A stretch of DNA of 64,000 nucleotides, from the NCBI GenBank assembly GCA_051294375.1, contig CM119265.1, positions 10,805,042-10,869,041 of the forward strand, written 5' to 3'. The notes below the pieces were generated by a model. The model saw nothing but the letters and a program-made list of their open reading frames with translations. It ran no database searches and was not told the DNA's origin. The DNA comes from Paraspadella gotoi. Lineage: Eukaryota > Animalia > Chaetognatha. Positions 36,712 to 50,896 of the stretch are shown here, in pieces (within the stretch, counting starts at the first letter, position 1; each line of letters begins with the position of its first letter). Made by a program: the position numbers and the translations under genes.

Positions 36712-39700
36712 TGCCTTAAAATATATTACATTATGAAATGTACAACAATGTTAAAATTTGGTAAACTTTAATAATGAATAATATCAACAATTAACTACAG
36801 TAATAAATTAGTGAAATGAAATAGAAGTTCAGAAATGTGAAATATTATTGTTAGTGAGGGATAGCTAAGTAATTAGGAAAAGGGAAATTTCAAGTAATAA
36901 GAAAGAGCTCAAAAATGAGCTGGCCCCCTTGGTTATGAACAAATGAAAGGCTAGATTGATAAGGTCGGGTCATTGGTGTGTCATTGGCTGAGAGGACAGG
37001 TTGGTGGAGCCTACTAGTGCAGAGCTGGGAAGACTTCCTTGCGGGAAGAAACCAAAGGCTACTCGGATGTCTCTCTGGCCTGGTACGCCTGCCGACTGCC
37101 CTCTTCTTGCCTGCTGGCGAGGTGGGGGCTGTCCATTCTTGCCACTTTCGCGACAGGAGTGGTGGCCTCCCCCCTTCCTCCTGCAGCCGTCGCTTTGGGC
37201 GGCGCTCAGTCCACAGAGGAAGGGAATGAGTTGCTGCAGTTGAAGGAGAGGTATCATCTGCCCATTGCCTGCGCAAGGGTCTCCGCCTATCTCGTTGAGT
37301 GGAGATGGGGGAATCATTGTGCGGACGTGGTGGAGACGGGGCCTCCACCACGCTTTTGATAAGCGAATCATAGCTTGGAGGGAGATCGAATCGTCCTCCA
37401 TCACGGTTCAAAGAGGGCTCGAGGGCTTTGATGTAGATTGCCTCTCTAATACCTCTTGAAAACCAGCTTGGGTCATGGGACAGCACGAGACAGTCTGATT
37501 CTCTGAATAGATGGCCAGTATTAGCCTGTGTTCGGCTATAGCAGATAGGTAGTGGCCTCTAGCGTCACGATAGGGTCTCGTATGCTGCTGGAATCGGTCT
37601 GTTAGAGACTTTCCTGTCTCGCCCACGTATGCTGCTGTGCAGGCTTGGTTGCCCGCCCCTGCACAGGCCGCCCAATAGACGGCTCCTGATGTTTTTGGTC
37701 TGGGGATTTTATCTTTCGGTTTCACCAATAGCTCACGCAGAGAGCCGCGGGCCGTCACTGAGTGGAGATCCCCTGCTTTGCTAGCACCCGCACCAATGAC
37801 TCAGTGATCCCTGGTGGTAGGGGAGGGACAAGTGACCCACGTTCTTTGGGCGCTTCTGCTTATTTCTCATTTTTGAGCTCTTTCTTATTACTTGAAATTT
37901 CCCTTTTCCTAATTACTTAGCTATCCCTCACTAACAATAAATATTTCACATTTCTGAACTTCTATTTCATTTCACTAATTTATTACTGTAGTTAATTGTT
38001 GATATTATTCATTATTAAAGTTTACCAAATTTTAACATTGTTGTACATTTCATAATGTAATATATTTTAAGGCACTGTCTCTCTCTCTCTCTTCTCTCTC
38101 TCTCTCTTCTCTCTCCATTTCAATTTCTTTTCACAAACTATCTCTGTCCTCACCTTCACCTGTCCCTAATAAAAAACTGAACACTATCCTTTCTCTCAAA
38201 CTCTGTGTTGGAAACTTTGCTCTGTCTCTCTCTCTCTCTCTCTCTTCTCTTTATGCACAAAATTCTCTTCAAATTCACAAATTGAATTGGCGCTGAAAGA
38301 AGACTCGTATGTGAGTCGAAACATGTCCGTTTCACTATGAAATAAAAATCGTTGTTAAATCTCTCTTCAAACTTTGTTCTAAACTAAAATCACAACGAAA
38401 CAGAAAGGAAAAAAAACACATTGATTTTATTTCAAATAGAGTTATGAGGATACAGTAATTATTGTTATATGTTATTGACAGAACTGTTCAATATAAGCTG
38501 TCCCTGAGCTTCGGATCAGGCTATAACACAATGTTACTGGCGGGTTAAGCGCCCCGTCCCTCTTAACTGCTAAACGACCACCGGGCTAGAACCCCGGACC
38601 TTTGAGTTGGGAAGCGAATGACTTGCCTCCAGCACCAATGGCCGCTGATGAACGGTTGGTGCATTTTAGTCCACCATAGTTAATTATTTTTTTTTTTTAA
38701 ATTTGGCAATGCTAAAGGACTTGCACTTCTTTTTGGTTCAAAAAAGAGCTATTATACTTATAGCTCTCAGAAAATAGGGAAAGACATACAACATCAAAAT
38801 CGGGTCTGAAAAGAATTACGAATTACATTTCACTGTCATACCTCAATTTGCTGAATGAGAGCATGCCCAGGCAAATACAGGCAGTAGTCGATACCGAAGA
38901 AGGGCATACCAAATATTGAGAATATTTTACCCATGTTTTACATACTTTTTATTGAATAAATAAATTATGTTATATACTTTTTTCCAAGATAGTAGAGGTT
39001 AACACTTCGCGTTGTGGCCGCGACAACCCAGGTTCGATTTCTGGTCTCGGCATTTTTGTAACGAAGTAGGTAACATAATAACAAGTACGAATGAAGTAGA
39101 ATTGAGAATAATAAAAAGACGCGGAAATTTAATTTCACCATAAAAAGTGATAGTTTCCTCGCGTTCCGCCTTTTGTTTGCAATGTTAAGATAACAATTTC
39201 TTTTGTAACTCTTACCGCCTGACCCGAGTTGACAAGCGACGACGATCCAAGACAAGGCCGTGGCCCAGGCGACGCGGGAAAAACTGGCGTAGACGACATT
39301 TTGGGCAGACGACAAAGGAAAGACCTCGTGGTAGGATTTCAGGGGAACGAGGATAAGGAGGGCAAGAAGACCCAAGGAGAGGATCCAGAGGATAGTGGAC
39401 ACCAACTAAACATAGAATTAAAACTGAAAAAAGATTTCTATCAGTCTATGCGAAAAAATTTAACCAGTTTTTGACCGACTTGATATTTCAAGATGGCGGC
39501 GATTTTAGGGCAAGAAGATAATCGTAGGGCGACGATGAAAACACCGGCGAGGATTCCGACGAGAAAGGGACCGATTCGCGCCACGGGGAAGATGTAATTG
39601 AAAGGTGTCCACGCCTGGTCAGTGTCGCTGCAATCCAAAATTAATGAGCGTTAATTAATCATCCGATAAATCTAAAGTGAAAAATTATAAAGGACTCACA

Positions 39701-41803
39701 AGAACATTCCCGACTCATATCGAAAAATCAACGTCGACCAAATCATGTAACCGACGTGGACAAAAATGGCGACCGACGTCAGCGCCGCGCCGGCGATTCG
39801 ACTGAGACAAAAGGGAAAATAAAACAAAAGGCTTACTAGTCATTTATTTGTAAGAATAAATTAATATTATAAGCAAAAGTTTGAAGAAAAAATTAATAAA
39901 GTTGAGAAATTAAATTTAAATTACGATGATATAAAATCTTAATTGATACCTGTAATTTAGAGCGTAGAGAAATAACGGGGACAATAAATAAAACTGCATA
40001 TCGCATGCGAGGTACCAGGAAATGCCGTAGCACTGATAAAACGATAAAAGAAACAAAGAAAAATTATTAAAGTATCGGTAAATATAGCAAGTACATGACA
40101 GTGCGTCTTACCATTCCGTTTTGCAGAAAGTAAGCAATGTTGTTGAGATACAGCAAATTCGTCCACCAGATTTGGCCGCAGACTTGATCAAAGCCCTCGC
40201 GCGGCCAGAGGGGTGAAGTTGTTTTGAGCAGAGGGTTCAGCGAGTACCACAGCCAAACGGTTATCATGTAAAGCGGGGTCAGTCTGAAAAACCAGAAGTT
40301 AAAAGTTAAATTCTCCCAAAAACGAAAATTCAAATGTAGCCGGATGACTTGGAGATTTATTTCATTAATCATATTTAAATGTTATAGATATAGTAGCTTA
40401 TATCTTGTATATTTAGTTTGATAATTAAGTTAGTCCACAAAACGTTATAAAAAAGCTATTTGAAAATCTAAACAAAAAAAAATACGATAAAAATACTCTG
40501 GGAGTGAATAAACGAGAGAGAGAGAGTCTTGATTGAAAGCTTGCAGGGACCTGCTATGTCATTATCTTGTAAGAGTGATGGAGGCCTTAAACCACCAAAG
40601 CCTGTCCAAAGTCAGGGGCAGGATGGCTTGTTTATTGAATGAATGGATAATTTTTATATTGGTGTACCAATTTCATAAAATTCAGCTCCTTGTGTTTTGA
40701 TGCTAGTGCGCGAGTACAATAAGTATTCCCCGATCTAATACTTAAGGGAGTGGTCTTTTCATACAATTGAAACATTCTTTGAAATATTATACCACTTCAT
40801 TGATAGGGAAGCCAGGTACTCTGGGAGTGAATAAACGAGACAGTGAGAGAGTCTTGATTGAAAGCTTGCAGGGACCTGCTATGTCATTATCTTGTAAGAG
40901 TGATGGAGGCCTTAAACCACCAAAGCCTGTCCAAATCGAGGGCAGGATGGCTTGTTTATTGATGAATGGATAATTTTTATATTGGTTGTACCAATTTCAT
41001 AGTCTACCACATTATGCAAATGAGATTTTTCTAATCATTTTGCTACACGCGTAAAATAAAGTCAAAGCGCTTTTATCTCTCCAATCACCTCAAGATTCTG
41101 TGGAGGTAAAAAGTTCCGACGTTGAAATCGTTTCGTCTTTTGGCTTCGACGAAATTGACGGCGACGAGGATTCCCGTGAGAAGGAAGAAGGAGTCGACGG
41201 CGAAGGGAGCCTGGACGAGCAATTGGGCCGGAGCCGAAACCACGCCTACCGAAGACGCGTAGGACGCAAAGTTTCCTGACCGACGGGGAGGTGGTAAGCA
41301 GGCGGGTATATTAAGTTGTGGATTTTCATGGTTTAAAATATTTTTAAAAGTTCTCTAACATTATGTTATAAGAACATCGTATGCACAGGTTATTTAATAT
41401 TTGAATAGAGAGTCTTTGTGGGAAGTACTAGTGCATTTATTATTTGTCAATATTTCAATTCACATAGCGGAATCATTTTTCAAGGCAGTTAAATTACATA
41501 TGATTGAGATGAAAGATCAAAGCATAAGAGAGAGTGGTGCCCTCTAATGTATAAAATTAAAAAATAAATTTACCAAAATATTTTTATTGGTTTTTATGTT
41601 CATGTTTTATATGCTAAATTTTAATTTTCTAAAATTTTATCATTTTCACATCACTCTCAGAGAGAGAGATTGTCTGATTTTTAATCAGGTCAAAATGCTT
41701 GAACAGAGAAAGGGCCCTCCTAAAAAACTTATCTAAACGTCTTTAAAATTAAATATATGGTTTATGTGCGGGGGGGCAGGGCTTAGCCCTTTCTCTGTTC
41801 AGC

Positions 41804-41861
<58 letters not shown>

Positions 41862-44800
41862 ACTCACTTTCGCTTTCAATATTTCAATATTTCTCTCATG
41901 CTTAGATCTTTCATCTCAATCATTTGTAATTGAACTGCCTTGTAAAATGACTCCGCTATGTGAGCTGAAATATTGGCAAAAAATAAATGCACTAGTACTT
42001 CCCAGAAAGACATGTCTCACTCATGAAGGGCATGGCATAGATGATGGTGTGGCCCGCGATGATCCACGCCAGACTGAGGACGCGGATTCCGTCCACGGCC
42101 GCCAGTCGATTTCGTCGTCGACTTTTAAAAAAACAAATGAACAAATGAATTAAAGCTTATTTAATAAACGTGCCAGCTTTAATTTCCAGCGATCTATAAA
42201 TTTATATTTTTCAACTTCCTGTTGTAATTCTAAAAAATATTGATAATAAGTAGATAGCATAAGCACCAGATACTGAAAACAGAACCGAAAAAATGTCAGA
42301 AATTACTAAAGTTAAAGTTGAACAACTCACTCGGAATCAATTCGCGTGATTTCTCTCAAGTTTCGCTGAAAAGAAAAAGCGAATAAAACTTCGAGGAGAA
42401 TTTTATCTTCCGGTTGAGATTTTTTTTCCTCCGTCACTAAAAGCAAAATTTCTTACAATAAATAATGTTTAATTAATTATTAAGTTATTTAATTGATTCT
42501 CGGTGTTGGCAACGCTTGAATATTTATTATTTAATACATATTATTTATTAGTTCAAACTTTCTGTGTATTTTCTTATAGATAACTTTCATCGACGTACTT
42601 TCATAACGAAGTACTCGGAGATTCAAATAGATATTTTGTATAACTTATACTATAAGTAATACAATTTGTCAATGGTCACATTTCATTAATTTATTGTTTC
42701 AATTACTGACCTCTGCTTGGCCGCGCCTCCGCCATCCGGTCGGTGACCGAACCGACTACGATAAACAGTACGAGGATGCAAACGAATCCGCTATAAGCAG
42801 TGAAGAAATTATAAAGGATAATTTATGCTAATATTTTTTAAATTGCCATTTCTATTTTTTTACATGGCGACGATGGCTTTAGTGTCCAGAGTGACATCAG
42901 AATGGCAAGTCGTCGTCGATGTGTCGCCTTCATCCTCATTCGCGGAAAACCCTTGTTATTAAAGAAAAAAATTTTTTCAAAACGATCTGATCATTTGCGA
43001 ATTGATAAAATATCCACCGAATTTTAACAAAATGGCGACGTCCTCTGGTTGACATTTGGCGGGAAAACAGGTGCCGACGACGACGACAGAATCGTTCGTT
43101 AACTTTTCTTGGAGGAGATTTTCATTATGTCGACGTCGTAATGTCGTCACGCAGTGATTTGGCGCTAACAAACTGCATAAAATTACAAAGGATCTTGCAA
43201 CTTCAAATGAGAATGATAATTCCCCTTTGATATTTGAGACTTACCCATTATCCTCACCCTCTGACTCGAAACTCCGCCTCAACCTCAGACATTCGTCGAG
43301 GCTCCCGACCCAAACGTTGGCGCCTTCGAAGAACCCGGCTGAGGGTCGCCCGAAAGCGTCCACCACTGTAAATCGTGTTGAGATGCGTGGGAAGTACAGG
43401 GAGCGGACGAATTGGAATTACTAATTCAATTAGAACTTATAATAGAAGTTTAGAACATTTTACATATATTATATTATATAGTCGCGACAGCGTGGGTAGC
43501 TGTGCAGATATTTTGGGAATTTTCTCTGTTAAATTCTGACTCATTCCTACTAACACCGTTTTCAAATTCAGAAATATACTTTCAGAGAAAGCTATAAAAG
43601 TCTTTTTCTCGCCTTCATGCATATGTTTAACGGTTGTCGTTCATTTTCATTCACGAATTTTTAACTGAAAATTAAGAATCATCTCGCTTCGGGAAATTAC
43701 AAATTGAATTTCGTGAGAAAACTGATTGTGTGGACGACACAAGCTTCTGAGTAAGAATGAATTTATTCTTCAACAAGGCTATAAACAATAAGGGTGAAAA
43801 TGCTCAGATGCTAAGTCTATTACAATGGTATTTACAAGGTCAAACTTGTGTTCGATCCAAAGACTCACAAATCGTGATATCCTTGTTTAAACTTTATTAC
43901 GTCGTCACAAGGATTTACCGTTTATTTATGATCTTTTCTCTACATTCGTCATCGTCGTGATTCAGTTATTTTGTCGAAATTCAGTATTTTTTCAGATTCA
44001 GGTTTTTTCAGATTTCAGATTCGTGGTCTTATTTACGAGTTCCCTGCAAAAAGAATCGAGATGAAGTCAAATGAAAAGAAGAAAGCAAAACAAAAGAAAG
44101 ATAAAAAAGTTAGCAGTGATTACGAAGAGGAAAAGCTCGGATTTGAATCATCAGAAGAAGAAAAAGAAGAAATTCCTCTCGGTTACGAATGTGCCGTCGC
44201 CTCCTCAGACGAAGAAGAGCAGCAGCATCAACCACCATCAAGGATACCGACACCGAAACGTTCGGCGACGCCACCAGCTCCTCTCGAAATACAAGACAAA
44301 CGTATAGTTGTAATCAAAAAGAAAATTGAGAGTAAGCAGTTTGTAAGCGCGACGAAACCCGACTTGAGTGCGAAGGAATGGAAAAAGGAAATCTTTACAG
44401 CAGCTAGGATTTTTTGATCAGAAATCGCGGGAGAAAAGTTCGTAGAACGAATTGCAGCCTGCGCCCAATGATGACAGCAAAAGTCGCGACTTATTTCGAC
44501 ACGAGCATCGCACACGCTAACATTCGTAATATTCTGGCACGCTTCAAAGAATTATGGTCAATGGACGAGAAGAAAATATTTATAAAGATTGCGATGAAAA
44601 AGCCAAAACACGTGGAACTGACAATTTGGTGTGAACTTCTTGGTTTCCCCCCTCAAGAGCCTTTAATGGTCGTTGGACGAGATACGCCGTCAATCCGAAA
44701 CATCGCTCGTGCCAATCCCTCAATGATACCAATGCTTATGAAGACCATTGGATCGATATTCAAAGCCACGGAGAAAGATAAACTGAAATTAATCCGCTCT

Positions 44801-46991
44801 AGCGATTTTTACTCTCCCGCGACCGAAGGAGTAGCCCTTGAACTGATGGAAGAGAAAAACATCAAAGCCGTGATGCGCAATCTATCATCCGCGACAAGAA
44901 TTGTATATCCAATTGAATATCGTCGCCATTTTTTCGTAGAGAACGTTCAATATTTAATCAGAAAATGGAAGAAAAAAAATAGCATGTCAGACGAGATGAT
45001 CACTACAATTTTGGAAGAGATTACAGGCGAATTGGACGAAGATCGTGATCGAGTGTTACGCGACATTCGACATGAGGGGTTTGCACAGTTAAAAATGAGT
45101 TAAAACATGCTATGTCAGGAAAAGATGAAAACATTCCGAAAATGATCGATTTGATTGAAAACGAACCACGAGATAAACGAGGACCAGTCTTACTCAACTA
45201 GCGCAACGCCATCAAATACCGTTTTGCCAAGCAACATGCGCCGACCGTATAGAATATAGATCCAGGAGAAAGAATGGACGAATGTCTATCATCTCGCAAT
45301 GGAAGCAGATTTAATTAGAAAAGAGATGGAACATCTTGACGGAATCAACGTGGAATACTGGAGGATATGAGAGAATAAACTACTAATTTTAGAAATTCTG
45401 GTCGCGGACAATAATCTATATTCGTGCGCACAAAACATTTCATTTCGACTCGTTGTTACGGTGAAAAACACTTCTCACTACGTTTAAATGAGATTCTTTC
45501 GTTGTGTTCGCCGATTTTTGGAATTCAAGAGAAAGTTTAATTTAAGCCAAATTTATACCAAAGTCTCGCGTGGCAGGAAATCGAGCAATTAGCAATACAA
45601 AGTTTATTTCCTCATCAAATCTCTGACGTTCCTCATCAATCTAAAAGACGTTTCCATCGATCCAAAAGACGTTTCCATCGATCCAAAAGACGTTTCCATC
45701 GATACGAGGACGCATCGAACTCGGGGTGGGGGAGGAGCTGTTCGATCCAAAGACTCACAAATCGTGATATCTGTGTTTAAACTTTATTACGTCGTCACAA
45801 GGATTTACCGTTTATTTATGATCTTTTCTCTACATTCGTCATCGTCGTGATTCACTTATTTTGTCAAAATTCAGTATTTTTTAAGTATTATTCATTGCGT
45901 TCTGAATCCTTACGTTTTCTTTATATAATTCATTGTAATTCTTTTGAATGTTAAAATAATGATTTTTGATATTATTTTTTATACTGTTTGAATATTTATA
46001 TGCTTTGATTATTTTATTAAGGTACTATGGTGGACTAAAATCCACCAACCGTTCATCAGCGGCCATTGGTGCCGGAGGCAAGTCATTCGCCTCCCAACCC
46101 AAAGGTCCGGGGTTCTAGCCCGGTGGTCGTCTGGCAGTTAAGAGGGACGGGGCGCTTAACCCGCCTGTAACAAGGTGTTACAGCCTGATCCGAAGCTCAG
46201 GGACTGCTTATATTGAACGGTTCTGTCATTAACACTTATCAATAATTACTGTCTCTTCAGTACCCTTTTTAAGAATTCTTCAGAAACTCAAAGATTAAGA
46301 GATAAACTGTTTGATATCTTCGTCGATCCACTCCGGCCGCCAATTCTTGCCTTTGAAGGGTTTCCCCTAACGACCGAAGCGGCTCGCCGATAGATTCTCG
46401 GGGGCGTTTTCTGGAGGGACGGACCGGCGGGTCCTAACACTTGGACCATTTTTTAATAACTTGAGATTTTCATTGGAATTTTTAACTCAGACAACCCCAT
46501 CATAAAATTAAATATTTAAAATTGAAATTAAAATATTTAATAAAAATATTTTAAATTTTTTCATTATCTTAAACTATTCATTGATTATACGCATTTAATC
46601 GCAACTCTTAGATAAATATTTGAACCGTGAACTCACTTTTAAGCGCCACTCTATGCAACGCGGCTTCGGACGAATTGTCCAATTGACGCCGAAATTCCTT
46701 GAGCGCCCGAAAACAAATGTGTGACACGTCATCTGCCGCCGCCGCTTGTCCGAAATCGGCGGTGAAGCGAACCAGCGTCTCTCGCAGCGGAAAGGGCAGC
46801 GACCGGAAGAGGCGTTCCGCTTCGGCCGTCCAGGGTAAGTTAATCACGTGACGATCGCGGAGGTGAGGGCGAGACTCGGCGCGGACGAGCAAGTCGAGCC
46901 ATCGCCCGCGATTACGCAGGGATTGGGAGGAGGCGAAGGGGAGGAGGAGCAGAAAGAGAGGTAGGTGAACATAGGAAATTATATTTTTCAT
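35424..46991 (-). CDS. Multi-exon nose-resistant-to-fluoxetine-6 (NRF-6)-like / acyltransferase-3 family membrane protein
   Basis: Signal peptide MKNIISYVHLPLFLLLLPFASS (ATG 46991). NRF-domain motifs 'DAFGRPSAGFFEGANVWVGSLDECL' and 'VGTCFPAKCQPEDV'. Acyltransferase motifs 'DGIRVLSLAWIIAGHT', 'FAVDSFFLLTG', 'FYLHRILRLTPLY', 'WWTNLLYLNN', 'SWYLACDMQFYLLSP', 'RIGPFLVG', 'SRVAWATALSWIVVAC', 'LSRVSYSAFLLH' and 'IERPIMKLE'. Confidence 0.92.
36395..38420 (-). mobile_element. 5'-truncated Penelope-like element in NRF-6 intron with ~520-bp inverted pLTRs (36395-36919 / 37866-38391)
   Basis: GIY-YIG 'GAVYWAACAGAGNQACTAAYVGETGKSLTDRFQQH' and 'REAIYIKALEPSLNRDGG' (37400-37760), related to the 30854-33031 element; hammerheads in both arms. 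Confidence 0.92.
36450..36500 (-). ncRNA. Minimal hammerhead ribozyme (mirror copy 38285-38335 on +)
   Basis: Minus strand: GCG-CTGAAGA-a-GACTCG tatg TGAGTC-GAAAC-ATGTC-CGT. Confidence 0.82.
38445..38678 (-). mobile_element. Family B 234-bp solo LTR (twister-like motif 38496-38571)
   Basis: Reverse complement of 19586-19819 with GTTA TSD (38441-38444 / 38679-38682). More diverged, with P3/P5 mismatches. Confidence 0.85.
38983..39052 (+). pseudogene. tRNA-His(GTG) pseudogene or degenerate copy
   Basis: TCGCG-TTGTGGC-CGCGA anticodon arm, CCAGG-TTCGATT-TCTGG T arm and following TTTTT. Two acceptor-stem mismatches and a shortened D arm. Confidence 0.75.
44061..45103 (+). CDS. Frameshifted intronless ORF(s) of the LTR element (gag-position protein, function unknown)
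   Basis: ORFs 43971-44417 and 44414-45103 overlap at a T-run (GGATTTTTTGA). Acidic/Pro-rich N-terminus followed by a helical region; coding-like but stop-interrupted sequence continues to ~45600. Confidence 0.5.
45641..45703. repeat. 21-bp tandem repeat x3 (CCAAAAGACGTTTCCATCGAT) upstream of PPT
   Basis: Directly visible. Confidence 0.85.
46026..46259 (+). mobile_element. Family B 234-bp solo LTR (twister-like motif 46133-46208)
   Basis: TATGG..CTTCA with GTAC TSD (46022-46025 / 46260-46263); P4 here is the perfect CCTGA/TCAGG. Confidence 0.87.
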
Positions 46992-49900
46992 TTCTAGGGT
47001 TTCCTTTTGCATTTAGTTTGTTTCGTTTTGGTTTTGTAGTGTTTTTGTATTGTTTCGGAAGAATATCTTTTCTTTTTGTTTGTTTTTTTTTTTTTTTTTT
47101 GGTTAATTTTTATTTTGTTGGATTTAGCGGACAGACAACTGAAAAAATAACGTAGAAATATTTTAATTTTTCTTTGGTTACGAAGGAGAAAATAAAGAAG
47201 GAAAAAAACTACCAATAAAAATAAGAGTCGATCATTAAAAATTTAAAGAACGAAAGTTTCTCAAAATGTGTCAATGAACTTTACGTTAAAGTGGAGGAGA
47301 GTCGACTATAAATGTTTTAATATTTATCGATTGAAATAATGAAAGAAATTATCGCATTAATTCCGAAGATCTGTGATGAAAAACTGAGACACAAAATTTT
47401 TTTTTTTAATATAGATTAGGAATTTAAAGACGAATGAAATAAAAAATAATAAAATGGAAGAAAATTGATGTCAACGAACTTTAGGCGAAAACGAGAAGAC
47501 GAGGTTTAAAAGCAAAATCCGATTTTAAGTCGATTTCACCTTTTCCTGCATATAACTCGAAACCCTTAAGGCTTAACGCATCACGCATAAAACGAGGTAT
47601 ATTTTTTTGCAATCGAGTAAACCAAAAGATTTCGGATTTTTTTTTACCTTTTTTTTTAAATTTTAGATTTTTTTAAAATTTATTTTTCCTTAATTTTTTT
47701 CTTTTTATCGTCGCAATCGCTAAGCGTTTGCAATGATATTGTAACGCTTTTGCGCATAAGTGGCGTCGTCGTCGTTGTCGTCGTTGTCGGTGTTCCAAAT
47801 TATAGATTTTTTTTATGAGTAAATTTGGGTGTATGAAGCTGAAAATTTATATACAGCTTCTCATCATCGATTTGCTTAAAATTGAGTCTGGACAGTTATT
47901 AAATATGTTTTGTTTGCGTCTGCTGATCAGTTTATTTGACAATGACAAAAAAAACTTTTTTTTCTTTTTTTTTTCTGAAACTATAACTTTAATTTTCCTC
48001 GGTACTTTATTATTTTTTTTAATTGACAATCGCAAAATATAATTTTTCTTTCTGTTTATAATCTAATTTTCTTTTCTCAAATTTTATTTTTTTTAGTATC
48101 AAAATTTGTTGTCAATCCAGATTTTTCTTATGCGATTGCGACGATCCTTATGCTTTTAAGATTTTTTTTCTCAATTCTTTTTTCAAACAATTAATTCCTA
48201 ATTACTATTGCATAAAAAGGTTTTCATTAAATAATTCATACAAAATATCGAGATTGGTTTATTTTATTAAACATTGTATTCGAAATTTAAATCATTTCTA
48301 TGGTAAGAAAGAGTAAGTAAGAATAAGGAGGATAAAGCAGATGAGTAGGGTGAAAATCAGAGAGAGAGAGAGACTCTTAAAAACTTCTTCAAAGCAAACA
48401 TCTTGTTAAGGTATAGTTGCTGCTAAAAAACCATTGTCAGCAGAATATTGGAGTCCGGTATCAATAGAATCTAAAATTTATGATAAAAAGACAGATTTTA
48501 TTATTATTAAAAACAACTAAATACGTTCTCAAGGATTTTCAAGAAGACTGTTCTCATCTCGTGCGGGCCATACCGTGAGACACATCCATGAATTTCAGTA
48601 ACCAATTGACAGGTCTTTTCATCCTCTTGAATTCGCCGTATGCAAACAAAAAATTTGTTCAGGGAAAATAAAAAAAAATGAAGAAAAAATCACTTAAATC
48701 GCTAATTCCAATGCGATAAACGTTAAAACTATTCCTTTTCGGTTTTACCCCATTTTATGCGTGATGCCTTAAGCTTAAGATTCTTACGATGAGAACTATT
48801 CAGAGGAACGAGATAAGAAAATAACGGCGCGTTTTTAATAGCGCTATTTGAATAGCGACTTTTAACTTTTAAACATTTAAAATTGATAGGTGGTCACTTA
48901 CAGTTTATACCTATTTATATATATAGTTTCATTACTTTATTTTTAACTTTACAATCTAAATGTAACAGGTCTTTTTGTCTAGAGAAACTAATGATTTGTT
49001 TTCCAGGTTTTCCGGCCATTTCCAATTGGCTAAAGCAAAAATTTTAAACCATTAATAGAACGATCTAAGAAAAAAAAATCTTTAGGAGAAAACTTTTTTC
49101 TTTGTGGCACGTAAAAAAAAAAGACAGTAAATGAAATATTTGAAAACATAAATCATTGGAGACAAAAGGGAATCGCGAACTTTTCTCCCTCGATCCAAAT
49201 CGACGCAGACAAACGATGAGAACGACGACCACGAACCACAACAACTACGACGGCGTTTCTTTCACTTTTGGTGAATCGATTATTGAGTCATTATTTCGCT
49301 CGTTTATTTTTATTCGGCCTTCGATAATGGAAAGAGAGAGAGATTTAATGAATCGTAAAATTACTTGAGAAAATGAGTATTAAAACAAGAAAATTATTTG
49401 TCCAGTGTACGAAAAGCTTTTCTAAAGAGGAACTCCGAAAGTTTAAAGCTTACTATAATTCCACCCCAAATTTTGTTTCTTTTTTTCGATTGATTGGTCT
49501 GATAATATTTATATAAATATTATTAAACTTATTATAATTTTAGATTATAAAAAATCTTCTTAAAACCTGAAACAGAGTCGTTAAAAAAGCGTTATATAAT
49601 GTTGTGCCTCTTCCTTTTTAAAATTTGAAAAACACTCGGGGTCATACTTTGACGATGGGGATGAGCTTAACATAACTAATTCAAAAATAACGTAACAAAT
49701 CAACATCCATATTTTAGTCGAAAACGAGAATGCTCATACAATTTTTAAACTACTTTTTTTCTCATTTATTAAAAGCGGAATACAATAAAAATATAAATAA
49801 TTGCAGAAAAAAAAAGTAAAGAAAAAGAAAAAAGTCAATAAAACTTTAAAAAAAGAAAAACGCGTAAAGTTTCGAAGTTTGAACATAAACGTTATAACGC

Positions 49901-50896
49901 TCTCCTCTTTGTACCAAGCTACAAAAAGGAGGAGATGAGCCGCGATAAATTTTTCTTATCGGTCATTCACTTTTTTTACAAGTGGCCTGGGAACTGAGAG
50001 AGAGAGAGAGAGAGTGTGTGTGAGTGCTAGGGGGGAGGGAGAGAAAGAGATGCTAAAAAAGAGAAGGAAAAAAAGAGAAATTTTGTTTTAATTCGATTTA
50101 GTTTTTCGTTTGAGACGATGATGAGAAAGACGGATGGGAGTTTTCTTTCTTTCTTTGAAAAAAAAAAGAGAGAGAGAGAGGGAATTGACCTATAGGAAAG
50201 GAGCGAGATACAAAGGGGTGAGGGGAATGGATTGTAGACTGTAGAATGGAGGGAGGAAAGAGGAGGTTTAAGAAAGAAAGAAGGAAACATAAGACAAAGA
50301 TACGAAAAGAGGCCTGGGACTGGGAGGAGAGGAGAAGAGTTTATTTTGATAAAACTGAGAATGGAGGAAAGGGATTTAGATAAGAAAGATGAGAACGAGG
50401 TGAACCACACGGATAAAGTAATACCAAAATAGAGAGATTAAGCTTAATAATTTCTTTAAATTCGTTACAAGATGATATTAAAGCGTGTGCTATAAAAAAA
50501 TAAAATAGAATGTTAATCAAATAAGTCTTTGTCTATGACTCGGGAAGAACATACTTTAACTCCATTCGAAAATTATTTTGTAGTTTAGTTCAATCGATGT
50601 TTTGAAAAAACCTATTTGATAATTAGCACATATTTAAGAGCACTTTTTATATACGGTATGTGTCGAAACCGTTGCTTTATTTTGAATATTTATCGGGTTT
50701 TGTTTTAAACTGAGACGACAGTTCAGATATTTAAAACAGTTGTTAAGTCCCAATTACTTTTGTTTACGAAAATCCGAGTTTTTATCAGCAGATCCCGACT
50801 CTATAATTCTCTTTGTCGGTCCGTCGGTCCGCCCCCTCAATCTTGTTGGGCATTCACTTATATCATGTCAGAACATCTAATTATGATAAATTATGC

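Larger units (their letters stand above)
43849..45884 (+). mobile_element. ~2-kb LTR element with ~145-bp LTRs (43849-43994 / 45739-45884) and uncharacterised ORFs, no pol
   Basis: Near-identical direct repeats starting TGTTCG. Purine tract GGGGTGGGGGAGGAGC directly before the 3' repeat; TGG PBS candidate at 44024. No TSD found. Confidence 0.72.

Noticed and set aside
38645-38678. CTGATGA in family B as a hammerhead
   Set aside because: No stem II-GAAA follows.
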